A stretch of DNA of 64,000 nucleotides from Dimorphilus gyrociliatus (Eukaryota; Animalia; Annelida). Of this stretch, positions 51,101-63,219 are shown piece after piece. Made by a program: the position numbers and the translations under genes. The notes under the pieces are model-generated. The model ran no database searches. It had not been told where the DNA came from and worked only from the letters and a program-made list of their open reading frames with translations. How positions within the stretch are numbered: position 1 is the first letter of the stretch; each line of letters begins with the position of its first letter. The stretch lies in the NCBI GenBank assembly GCA_904063045.1, contig CAJFCJ010000023.1:620001-684000 (forward strand). The letters run 5' to 3'.

Positions 51101-54100
51101 TAATTTTGCTAAACTAAAATTAGTACAAAATAATACAAATTACAATGACAAACTATAGCATAAATGAAAAAAATAGTTGTCACGTGATCAAATCTAAAGC
51201 TAGAAATACAGCTTAATAGAATCTAATAGAAAAACAATTAAGAAGCTTTTTAAAACCTTTGCTTTTAAAAAGACAAACAAACCTTTATTTGTTAATCTAA
51301 ATGATTTGCTAATTTCTCTAGTTTAATAAAAATATCACTGATTCTCCAATAGGATTCGAAAAAGAGAGCTGGAAACCTCAAAAAAATGGATGCGCCACGT
51401 CTGAGGATATGCTGTGGAAATTAGGAGCCCTGCAGATGTTTATTAAGGATCTGCATTGGCCAGAGGAAGTTTTTGCCGAACACTTGGATCACAGACTGAA
51501 ATTAATGGCAGCTGATATGATTGAAGCGGCAGCGACGAGAACGCATCATAGTTTCGAGGTAACTATGAAAAGAGGCTCCAAGGGAACTGATTTTATAGTA
51601 CCAACCGAAGTTTGCGTTATGATGAATTCCATTACGGATTTTAAGAATTGCGCTTTGAAATTGTGCGCTCTAGAGAGTGGCGTCGATATGGTAAGAATAG
51701 ACTTTTCATTATATCAACTTTTCTACTCCTTTTGTTATGGCTAATCCGTTTAAAATATAAACAAAAAAAAAACAGAGGCAATATCATACGAAGAGCGACG
51801 AATACTTGGAAAAAGTTCAAAGCTTTATGGTTAACACCGTTGTTGATCGTCTACTGGGCGTAATGATTACCACACTACAAAAATTGGCTAGATATGACGA
51901 AGGCAGCCTCCTTTCATCATTCTTATCTTTAACAGTAAGCCATAATAAATATTCAATTCACATTAATAAAGCCATGATTTTAAAAGTACTCTCTAAGATA
52001 ACAATTTCATCCCCATTTATCGATGGATTGTTCAATTGATTGGCGATTGATTTGTCATTTAATTAATTGACATATTGACTCTGAATTCATTCACTCGCTC
52101 ACTATTCATAACGTTCTTTCTCTGTTTCTTTAGAAACCTGTAGATGAATTAGGTAGAGAGTACGTTAATTTTATGAGGAGCAACGTTGAGCAGATAAGGC
52201 ATAAAATTGTTGACGAACTTTACATCCTAGGAATATATGAGGTAAATTAATTATTTATTCAGGAATTTAGCATTCCTTTTCTGTCATTCCTGTCTCTCTG
52301 TCGATTTATGCGTCTGTCCTTCTATCTGTCTGTATAAGAGTTATACGCATGTACAATATTAAGTATATTAAACGTGTATATACGCGTATTTCAGAGTTGG
52401 TATACTGGACAAATGAAGTTGATGAATGATTGGTTAAACGAAAGAAATAATCATAATTTGCATCCGTATCAATTAAAGTGTCTTGGCAACATGAATAGGG
52501 TAAGAGAGAGAATAGCAATAAAATTTATCATATACCCTTATATTGTATAATTATATATAATGTATCTATTCTATTTTCAGAAATGTTATAACGAATATGA
52601 ATTACAAGGTGTCTTAGAAACTGTATTGAAGTGCAAAGATTATGAAAGTATTTGCAAACGTCTTCAGGTAACAACAGAATCAGAATTAATTTTTCGTCTT
52701 TTATTCCTTTATTCTTTTATTACGTAATAGTAAGTTGTAAAAAACACGTAGGATGAAAAGAAAATAGAGAAGAAAATTAGATTTAGGACTCGAAAGTTGT
52801 ACAATCAAACGCTGTTTTATCTATTTATTCTCCTATATGGGGTAGAACTATAGCGACTACTTTTCTTCCATATATATTGTTATAACGATCTCAAATAGTT
52901 TGGTTTCTATTTTCAATAAGAATATTAACCGTAACTCAAAAGTAAAACAGACTCCTTTCACTCTCTCTCACTCTCTTGTTTCTATTGTTCATTTAGTCAT
53001 TCTACGTAGAATCCGATCAAAGTCTAAAGGTTTAAGTATCATTTTTATAGGAAATACCTCAACTTAGTTATTTATATCTTTGAATTTGTTATCGAGACTT
53101 ATCGACCCTTATGAATTAGCTGAATACTTAAAAAAATATCATACCCAGTACACTAGGTGAATAAATTCGCGTAATCTTATTATTTCCTACGTATTAGTCA
53201 TAGTAAGCTTTTTCGTACGCTATTTATTTTCCTTTTAATCATTAATTAATGAATAACTCAACAAATAAATCAATAGGTAATAAATTAATTAATTAATCAA
53301 TTAACTACAAGATAAATAAGACTATTTTGTTGTTCTATTTATTATTACTATTATTGTTATTTTGTTGCTTGTTTTATTCACGATCGTAAACGACAGGCCG
53401 AATCATTTTACTCGGGTATTGACATTACCTCAGAAACAGAATCTGAATCCGAGTTAGAGAGCGGTTGGTAAACTGTATATACTGTATCTATATATATATA
53501 TATATATTTATATACTGTATTAGTACAACTAACTACGGTACATGTATATAGATATATTGAATGAGAGAAAAAAGAAAATATTATCTATATTACTTATTAG
53601 GCTATGGCTCGTTCTGTGCTTAAAAGAAAAAAAGAGCAAATATAAGATTTCTCTTTCACCTTTGAAGAGGTTACTTTAATTTCTATAGAACGCTTTAAGA
53701 ACTACTTAAGTACTTGTATATATACCTGTAAATGTATATATATATAAACGTACACCCATTATACAAGTACCTGGTTGCATGTCTGCAAATAAATCCTCTT
53801 TCTTTGTTTTATACTCTGTTCTTTATGCTTTTAATTGGCGGGTTAAAATACCTCTTAGGTCTATCTATTTCTTATTAATTAGCAGAAGAAAACATGAAAA
53901 GAAAAGAAAAATAAAGGCGAATAGAAATAATGTGTAGAGGAGGAGAATGACATTTTTAACTTGGTACTTCTCTACGCCAGTTTCCTTTTTACTTTGATTT
54001 TTCTTTTCTTTTTTCATCAATTCCGTCTGCGGGATTACATATACGTTGAGAGCTTTTAAAAGCCAATGAAATTTAATAGTTGGCTTCAAGTTCTATTTGT

Positions 54101-54290
54101 TATATTGCCGAAACTAATGCCTTTTTTTGTACCCTTGCAGCTGGAGGAAGCGACTCATGAAATGACAATGGAATCTTCTAGCAGTGCTTCGAATTTACTT
54201 GGTAGCAATCCGCTAAGTAGCACCGTAAATACAACTCGTAAACTATTAAGTATGAATGGATTTACAAGAGGTGGCGGAGATTCAGACTAA
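34626..54290 (+). CDS. CADPS: Calcium-dependent activator protein for secretion (CAPS/CADPS/UNC-31), 16 core exons, about 1318 aa
   Basis: Core exons: 34626-34788 ([10 protein letters not shown]), 36703-37439 ([21 protein letters not shown]), 44266-44610, 44762-45013 (C2), 45214-45886 (PH; LGWFSPG), 46514-46787, 46893-46956, 47030-47153, 47698-47807, 50095-50362 ([14 protein letters not shown]; MHD), 51353-51690, 51776-51934, 52134-52241, 52395-52499, 52581-52667, 54141-54290. All are GT-AG with matching phases; 3957 nt. Confidence 0.97.
39964..40101. repeat. (ATCC/ATCT/ATTT)n tetranucleotide repeat
   Basis: Tandem ATCY/ATTT units in CAPS intron 2, the source of several spurious SIYL-type ORFs. 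Confidence 0.9.
42461..42580. repeat. (AG)n microsatellite preceded by (AGAGAAATAG)x3
   Basis: About 39 perfect AG units (42489-42566) in CAPS intron 2. Confidence 0.95.
47235..47264 (+). other. CADPS: Candidate 30-nt alternative CAPS exon (QKASMQNEG)
   Basis: CTATAG|GC CAA AAA GCG TCA ATG CAA AAT GAA GGA G|GTTAGA; phase 1 to phase 1, no stop, in the phase-1 intron 8. Confidence 0.6.
47925..47936 (+). other. CADPS: Candidate 12-nt CAPS microexon (AFRT)
   Basis: CTAAC branch site (47891) and TGC upstream; TCAG|GCA TTT AGA ACG|GTGAGT; phase 0 in the phase-0 intron 9. Confidence 0.6.
48114..48125 (+). other. CADPS: Candidate 12-nt CAPS microexon (DHRK)
   Basis: Long pyrimidine tract followed by CTACAG|GAT CAT AGA AAG|GTGATT; phase 0. 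Confidence 0.5.
49371..49379 (+). other. CADPS: Candidate 9-nt CAPS microexon (KDD), or 11 nt if the upstream TAG is used
   Basis: Pyrimidine tract with TGC, then CCCTAGAG|AAG GAT GAC|GTATGT. Confidence 0.45.
53397..53471 (+). other. CADPS: Candidate alternative C-terminal exon of CAPS ([24 protein letters not shown])
   Basis: CGACAG|GCC..., in frame after exon 15 (phase 0); 24 acidic Ser/Glu-rich codons then TAA, GC-richer than the flanking intron. Confidence 0.55.
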
Positions 54291-56036
54291 ACTAATTTAA
54301 TAGCTGAATAGAAATTTTAAAAAATTGAGCCTATGCATTAGTAGGACTATATTCTCCATGCAGTCAAGTCGGTCAGTTCTGTTTATCCGACCTTAAAAAA
54401 TGTAGAAGTTAAATTGAAAAAGGAAAAGTCCAAAAAAAAAAAGAAAAGGGAAAAAAAAGGGAATTTTTATCAAGCAGTATGAAAAGACTTGGCTTCGTTT
54501 TTTTCCAGAAAACTAAAGTATAATTACAAAATTATACTGTTCATTGGTATTAATTCTAGTTTATTTATTCATTTATCTATCTATTTCAATGTTCAATCAA
54601 TCAATCGTTAAATCATTCAATCAATCATTTACCTGCTCATTCATTCATCTATCTATCCATCCATTCATTTATTCATTTATTCACTTTTCTCTCTTAGCAT
54701 AAGAACGAAATCGAGCGTTGTATTTTACAAATTTAGCAAATTTGTAATTGTTTTGCTGACTGAGAATTGGGAGAAGCAAGTGGGTGGGCGCGTGGGAGCG
54801 AGGAAAGAGGGAAGAAGAAAGTAAAGTTACAATTCCACAAAGACATTCCGCTTTGCTAACAGCTATATATACACGCACACACACATACATACAGTATACA
54901 GTATATAGAGATTAAACAACAACATGGATAACTTTAGTTATTGAATGTCGTTTAAAGGTACCAAACAACATAAAGGTTAACAAACAAGACCATACAGTAT
55001 AGTACAACTAATGAAATAAATGTACTCATTCATACCATTATATTTGATTTGATACATAACAACCTGTCGTCCATACTGTTCAATTAATACCAATTTACTG
55101 TATTTGTTTAATTATGCTTTTTATCTTTTTTCCAATTGTTAAAATTTCTCTAGTCAATGCGCTGTCTCTATCCTGCAATTTTCTGCGTTTTTCTAGTCTA
55201 GCGTGATATTATTAACAAAAAAACATGAAATGCAGTCACATTTGTCTTTTTTGAAAATCTGATGTTGTCAAATGTATACTTATTTTTTACAGTATAATTT
55301 TTATAGCAATAATATTTGATGATGATACACTAAATGATTTTGCAAATCTGCCTAACAAAACAAACAAACAAACCAACAAATAATAACAACCATAATGATT
55401 GTAATATTTGTAATAACAACAACAACAACAACAATGCTATTAATGATAATTGTAACTAATCGATTATTATATATTATAATAATTTCTGTAATAAAGATTA
55501 AACAGTTCAGTTTGTTCGAAAGATCCTTCAGAGTGAAAAATGAACAATGCACTCCCTACACAGAGATCATTATTTCAGCATGGGTTGCGCAATAGTTGAT
55601 AATTCTATCCTTTCTCTTCTTTTTGTTTTGTTAAAATTAATAATACTACAATACGTTTATATTTACTTTTATTATTATGAAAACAATTACAATCCATATT
55701 CTTTCATTGATTTATTTATTTATTCAACTTTCGTTGGTTTGTAATGACATACCTGTATAACTCATTATTACATTTTCTTACAAAATAATTACATCAGCCT
55801 GGCTGTTTCCATCAAGCAAATTTGAAATAATACTAGATAACTATTATGTACTTGTGATGTCAGCCAACAGGCAAATTTACAAACAAACAAACAAACAAAT
55901 ACTCATATGAAATTCATTGGCCAAAAAGTTTGTTCAAAAAAAATGTAACAAAAGATAGAGAGACAGAGTAACTAAGTAATAAATAGATAGATAGATAGAT
56001 ATATAGATGGATAGATGTATAGACAGATATAAAAAA

Positions 56037-56069
<33 letters not shown>

Positions 56070-56130
56070 AGTATTAGTGTAGTTGTAGTAGATACTTGTT
56101 TCGATTCTCAAAATTATTATGTAATCTCAT

Positions 56131-57279
56131 TTAAAGAATTAAATTTCCGCTCTCATCCGCTGCTAGACATTCCCCAAATGATAATCGATGGCGGGCAATT
56201 TTTGAAATTCCATGATAGTGCACAAAAGCTGCAGCGACTACAAAAACGTGAAATATCTGATGACTCTGGAACCAAATGTCAAATTTTCCTGGCCAAAGCC
56301 GTTCTGGGATTCGAAAAGCGTAAATCAAAGCTCCTCCGATATACAGAGCGGCCATTAGAACTAACCAACCCATAGCGGCCACGTTTATTGCTCGTTCAAT
56401 TCCTTCAACAAGGACGTAATGCATTGCAGGAATAACTCCACTGAGGCCCAAACCAATGAATACTCCGGCTCTTACTGGTCTAAATTTTGGCTGAGCAAAT
56501 TTATCCCACATAGAAACGACAATACAGGCAGTACCCAAAACCAGAATTAAGGTTATGTACGAAATTTTAGGAGCAGTCGTACAATAGAAGCTGTAATAAA
56601 GCCAAGGTACAAATGAACCAATGGTCAACAGAGCAATACCGCAATAATCCAATTTATTAAATAGCCTTCCAACAGACTCCGAATGACAATAGACTGTATG
56701 AAAAAGGGTGGAAAATAGCATACATAATATGGCACCCATAAAGAATGTTGAAAAGATGGCTTTTTCTTGCCATTGAATTTCAATGCTTGGTCTTGCCAAG
56801 AACGATATTGTTATACCAATAAATGCTATGCAGCCGAATAAATGCGTCCAAATGTTTCCAGTCTCAGTATGCACTCGAAAAACTGACTGAAAACAGGCGC
56901 GGAAAGATTCTAACGGAGGACGGTGTCCACCGACCAGAAAATTATTATCTTGTAGCCATTTTGGAAGGTGAGAATGGTAGACAACTCTCCAGCTTTTATG
57001 CCATACTCTTCTAACCAAAGTCTCCGCCTGATCGACGGCATTTTGAGTGTTTTTTAAAAAAGAAATACCCTTATCATCTTCGTTGTCGCTATCAGCGAAC
57101 GGAGGCGGATCTAGTATAGACGATACTCCCGTAGAGACGCACCGTTTCCTTAAAAATTCACTACTCCAATCGTAGTTGTTGTCGTCCCTTTCGTCGTCTC
57201 CGTCGGCAGATTCACTAAGAGGATAGCTCGATTGTTCTTCCTCCGTAGGAGAGAGTGTAGATTCAGTAAAATTAGTCAT
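56131..57279 (-). CDS. ADIPOR: Adiponectin receptor (PAQR family), single coding exon, 382 aa
   Basis: Uninterrupted ORF with LPKWLQDN..L..GHRPPL.SF.ACF.S.FR.HTETGNIWTH, LDYCGIALL..GSFVPWLYYSFYC and PER..PGKFDIWFQSHQIFH; seven TM segments. Confidence 0.97.
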   Translation of the reverse strand: MTNFTESTLSPTEEEQSSYPLSESADGDDERDDNNYDWSSEFLRKRCVSTGVSSILDPPPFADSDNEDDKGISFLKNTQNAVDQAETLVRRVWHKSWRVVYHSHLPKWLQDNNFLVGGHRPPLESFRACFQSVFRVHTETGNIWTHLFGCIAFIGITISFLARPSIEIQWQEKAIFSTFFMGAILCMLFSTLFHTVYCHSESVGRLFNKLDYCGIALLTIGSFVPWLYYSFYCTTAPKISYITLILVLGTACIVVSMWDKFAQPKFRPVRAGVFIGLGLSGVIPAMHYVLVEGIERAINVAAMGWLVLMAALYIGGALIYAFRIPERLWPGKFDIWFQSHQIFHVFVVAAAFVHYHGISKIARHRLSFGECLAADESGNLIL

Positions 57280-59283
57280 TTTCTTACTAGTAACGGTTAT
57301 TCAATGTTCAATGAGAGTGAAAACAACGCTTTGTATTTTCGATAGCCCAAATAAAATTTCTAGTTTTACCAGTGACAAAAAGAACAGTAGAAAACAATAA
57401 GAAACCCAACAGCCTGATCAGTCTATTCTAAAATCGTTGAGATTAACTATATCTTATTTTCTCGGTTAGCTATTATATGGTTTGTAGGTAATTTTTTAAG
57501 AGTATACTAGTCTACGTCTATCGTATACTATATATAAAAAACCTTATCATTTATCGGTCGTAAAGGTCAATAGGCTAAAAAGCAACTTTCCTCCCTTGAA
57601 TTACAGGTTCAAGTTCGCTTTTTTTTTCGTTGTAGGCTTACAACACTAATTCCATGCAATATACATTACACTATATCTATGACTCATTATCTTATCATTA
57701 TCGTTCATTAAACACTTACATATCTTTTACTAGAAATTGTTTAATTAAAATTTTTGTGCTGGGAGAGAGAGAGAGAGAGAGAGAGAAGAGAGATGGAGTG
57801 AGAGACATACGGAAAACGAAGGAAGTGGATAGTTTCACGCTGGTTTTTTCTTTATAAAAGAAAGCAGAGAAGGAAATTGAAAAGTTTTCTTTAAATCGTT
57901 TTATGAAGAAGAAGCCAGATTACTAATTTTGTGTAATAGTTCTGTTTTTTTTGCCTAGAAATTCATAGTATTACGTCACAGACAGACTGGGAAAAAAGGG
58001 AAATTCAAGGGGAAAAGTGATCAAAAAGCGAATATAATTAATAAGATGATATACTATAATTATCACATAAAAAGTTGGTGTGGAAATCAATATCTAGGCT
58101 TCTAGGCAATGGCGATTTTTTAGCTTTTTCTTTCTTTTTTAGGTAAATATCAAACCGTAGTATTAATATATTTCATTTATTGACTTTCCACCCGACTTAA
58201 TCAATCAAAGGGCAAGGATCTTTTAAGGTATAAATTTGTTTATTTCCTTCCGACGCGAACGAAATATTCTGTGTTTCCTTTCCCTGCAGAGACTAAAATA
58301 TTTCTGTATGGCTACTTAATAAGGTAAACTGTTCGCCTATACAAAGAAAGAGTTCTATCGTTATCGAATTTATCACACGTGATATACTTTTTAGAGTCAG
58401 TGAACGGGAGGTGATGATCGGTTCGTGTCGGTTTCCAATATTTTATAACGGAATCAACACATCTGTAGCACGTTTATTAATATTTTTTTTTAAAAAAAAC
58501 TACGCACAAAACTCTACCTTCTCTAAATTTATTAAGAGATAAATAGAGAAGGCCGATCAATTACTTGGTTGTTGTTGGTTTGTTAATTAGTTAATTAATT
58601 AATTAGCCACTTAATAAAATAAAAGAAAGCGAGATAAGAATGGAATTGTTGCGAGAAGTGGAAGGAATAAGAAAATGTTTTAATTGAACGTTTCAGCGGC
58701 GAACGAATTGATAAATAGATTGATTGACCGATTGATTGATTGATCTGATTGATCGATAGAATGGTTGGATAGAAGAGAAATACGTAAAAGAGAAGAAAAC
58801 AAGTCGTACAGATGTTGGATATTTAGAGTATTAATTGAAAAGATTTAACCAGGCTAGAATAAAAATAGACGACACTCGCCAAAAGAATTTCATCCAAAAA
58901 AAATATGTAAACAGCTATTATACTGTAAACTTGGTAATATTCTACATAAATACTGCGCATTTATATACGTTTTTATATGCAAATACAAAAGGCATCCTAT
59001 TTCAATTGTTCTACGTCGTTATTATTTTTATTGTTCCAAAACTTTCAGCTGGGAATTTCTGTCTCTCTCTCGCTCGCTTCCCCTCATTTTACCTTTCCCT
59101 TTATCCTCTTTACTCTACTCCAATTGCTTCTAAGCTGACAAGAAACGCCATCTGGCTTACTTGATGCTCTTTTTTTTTTCTTTTTTATCTCTTTTTATGT
59201 CTCTAAGCTATTTATTTATACACCTATAGTGTATGGTTGATTATTGTATAAATATGATAAAAATGTGCATATGTATGCATATA

Positions 59284-59286
<3 letters not shown>

Positions 59287-59332
<46 letters not shown>
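59287..59332. repeat. (TA)n microsatellite
   Basis: Perfect TA run of about 22 units, directly following a TACTGTA motif. Confidence 0.95.
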
Positions 59333-59337
<5 letters not shown>

Positions 59338-61599
59338 CAATATATACCGTATACTGCTCGTATGCGATACATTGATATACAAATATTAAGTATAAATATT
59401 AAGTATCTATATATAAAGACACTATTGCGCACATAATACCTTTACACAACTAAAACTAAATGGTTTAAGAGTCCTTTTAGAGTTCTAACGACGCATATCG
59501 TCTACGAAATAATAAATAAGCAATATCTTTTAGTGAGAAATGCTTAATAATACAATTTCATACAAAGTAATGACTAAACAAGAACAAGTAGAAGAAGAAC
59601 GAAAAAAGAATCTGTTTGTGCAACGATATCTTTCTTTCTTTCTATTAGAAATTATGTCGAATAGACGAAATATAATAAATTCCCTAAAGATTTAATTAGT
59701 GTCTCTTTCTCTTTCATAGAATATCGAATAGATACCGTAAATAAGGTGTATAGACTGCATATAATACACCTTCAACTAGAATTTTTATACGAAAATTACT
59801 GCAGATTGTGCAATAGATGAAAATTGCGCAACTTAATATTTTGCCGTATAATAAGCATACTCACGTAATAACACTTGTAATCCCTTAAACAAATCTACCT
59901 CTCTTTTTTATGCTTTGTTCTGCTTATTTCCTTCTATCTATCTGCGCCCTTTACTTTTGTCAACTTTTCTTATGTTTCCTTTCCCTTTGTTCAAGTTGAC
60001 TTAAAAACGAATGATAACCAACTGAAAGATGAAAACCAACACAACATCTAAATAATTGAATGTCATAGGCTTACGCCAAACTAGTAACTTATTGACGTAA
60101 ACTGTTTGCGTAAATTATCACATGACACGTTTCTGTACATCTGTCAATAGAGTAAGAATTATAAAACTTATTTCTTGTTTTCTCCTTATTATTGTTTCGC
60201 CTGGTAGATTTCTTATTTTCAATACTCTATATTGAAAACAACCACGCAAACAAGTGTTGCTCAATGTACACGAATCGTTTGCGGAGAAAAGATTGAATAG
60301 ACCTAATGGTGTATATTCCGTATGAAGAAAAAAAAACAACATGGCTAATGATTCGTTTTTGTGCGTACTTGGCACAAAGCCTTTAAAAACTACGGTTCAA
60401 CAAATTCATAGCTTATAGGAAAAAAATGATAGAAATAGCAAAAACGAATCTGCGCATTAGATCATATCAACGAAATGATAATGATGACGACAACCAGCAA
60501 TGCTGGCGATACAGATAAGGATGCAACATCTTGTCATTCGCTCTACGTTGACGGCGTTTTAGGCAGCTGATTTATATTATATAATGTTATAATAAAATTC
60601 ATAATAAAAAAATGAGTCCTTCAATAATGTCCATACAAATGTTTTTGCGTTTTGTTATCCTAATATAAAGTATTTTCGTACAACTTAATTCCCTTTTCAT
60701 CAGGTTTCCTCAATAACACACGCTTTATCTGCCTTATTTCCGTGCAAGATTCTCTTATAGTAACCAAAACTGCATTCTGTATACACAGTACTACCATCAA
60801 TAATAATTTATATATATTTATATTTATATATATATACATTATACTGTATATAAAATATATCCGCATGTTTATAGACACCAACAGACTCCCCACACCATCC
60901 CATCCAAACACATGTTTCAGCACATAAAGCGTCTCTCCTGTAATCTCTTTTATGTCAAAAGACAAGCAGATAGGATTGGTGGAAAATTCCCTATTGCACA
61001 GGTGATAAAACTTGCACAAGCGTTAGGATAATCGCTCCTAAGCGCTATAAAGCTACAAGGGTAGAACCAGTAGTTATTGTTGATATCAATTAGAAGCGAA
61101 ACGTTTCCCTTTTGCTATTTGATCCAAGAATGTTATATATAGTGCAAATTGGAGTGAAAATTATTGTAATGTAAGATCTACTTGAATACGAGTGTAAATG
61201 ATGAAAAAGAATGATTATGCTTGTAATAATATAGAATGTATATAGAAATAAATAGCGTTGATAATCTTATTGGTAAAACCTTATAAGGAATACGGAAAAA
61301 TTAATTGAAATAGGAAGAAAAATTTGTCACTCAATATCGCCTGCAAAAACTTTTAACCTAAAAATCCTTTTTATCTTCTTTTACACAAATCATTTATATA
61401 TCAATTTATGTAATATTTTCCACCCAATTTCACCTACTGTCAGTCAGACAGTAGTTCCCCGAGTTGATTAACCTGTTTAGTAGCTGTATCGCAACTCTTT
61501 TAACAATATAGAAAAGGATATTAAAGTTTACTGCATTTAGCACTACTAACTTTTCTTTTATTATTCCTTATTCTGTTGTTGTTTGACACATAATCTATC

Positions 61600-61761
61600 T
61601 ACACATTCATTCATTCATTCAACCATCTCTCTATATACTAATCTATTTATCTGTCTTTCTACCTACCCATCTATCTACCCATCTATCCATCTATTCACTC
61701 ATCTAACTATCCATCCACCCACCTAACCATCCATCCATCTATCCCTCTCTCTCTACTCTCT

Positions 61762-61797
<36 letters not shown>

Positions 61798-61870
61798 GCT
61801 CCCTTCCTCCCCCTTCACCCTTCCCGCCTCTTCCCCCGCTCTCTCTCTCTCCTTTCACCCTTCTGTCCCT
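61600..61870. repeat. Compound (CATT/CTAT/CCAT)n and (CT)n simple repeat / pyrimidine tract
   Basis: Mixed tetranucleotide repeats followed by (CT)n and C/T-rich sequence. Confidence 0.85.
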
Positions 61871-63219
61871 CTCATCAAATCATTATTTTATTATATTGAA
61901 CCTATGAATAGAAATAAGAAAACCCTTCGGTTTAAAAATATCTTCTTTATCATGTTAGAAAAAGATAATGGTAGATTCAGCTGCTGGTCATCTATCTTTT
62001 TATCAAAATTTGACATTAATCTAATTTTATTTAAGCCTAATCTACATTAGATGTTTGTATACTTGCAATGAATTTCGTATATATCCCTCCTCCTCTTTTT
62101 TTTCCTATAAGCTGGAAAAATTTCTTTTTATGATAAATTGTTCCATCTTAGTAAATAATTTCCCTTCAAAGTGTCTATATAAGTGATAGACACTTTCCTA
62201 TCTCGTTTGCATTGACGTCTGTAGCGGTTACATTATATAAAAGTAATGATCACGTGGTCAAGTCATGCCAACTTTTACACACACACCGCAAATTATATTT
62301 CTTTTCTTTTCTCTTTACTTTCATTAAATGATAATATAAATAGATATGAAAGAATTGGTGAGTAACTATATTATATTAAGCTATACAGTATATACATCGT
62401 ACACTGCAAACTACCTTATGTAAAATATACAATGCGTATATTAGTAATGAGTAAGAAGTATATAATCTCTCTCGCTCTCTTACTCTTTCCCTCTTTCCCT
62501 CTTTCCCTCAATATACAGTATATTAGTATATATAACCTAACTTTTATGTCATCGTGAGGAATTTTATGCGATTACCCTTAACCCTAACAGATACACCACG
62601 TAGGATGACAAAAAATGAAAAGTGTAAACTTGATCAAATTCTTGAGGACGAACAACGAGCCACGAACTATTCTTTTTTCGACAGATAATAATCGTTTAAT
62701 ACCTTCATTCTACGCAAACTAACGTCAAATTCTATTGAATATAGAATCGACATATGTGAGAAAGAGGGAGACGGTTGCGAGGGGAAGAAAATAAGAAGAA
62801 CGCTTAAGAAACCTTTTTCTATATGAAGGAAATATAAGAAAAAAAGCAAATATTTTTTCGCTTTGAGCATATTCCACTAATTAGTTGACTTCATTAATTT
62901 GTTCGTTTCGTCGTTAAACTATATACTGCGTATTCTTCTATTCAACATTTATATTTATAAGTTGAGATAAAAGGTTAGAAAGGAAGGAGAAAGGATTAGG
63001 ATCCATATAGATAGAGAGTGAAAAACGATAGCTGTAAATTACTATTTAGGGATGGGGAATGGAATTAAAGCTGCTGAACTTGTCGGAGGTCAATGGCGAG
63101 GGTTGAAGGCCTTGTAGACTGGCTGTTGAAGCAAAAAAGAAGCGGATTATCGATATTTAAATTTTGCCTAATTGCCAAGCATACTTGTGTAAAAAGAAAA
63201 AAAATTGTTCCTCTAAGAA

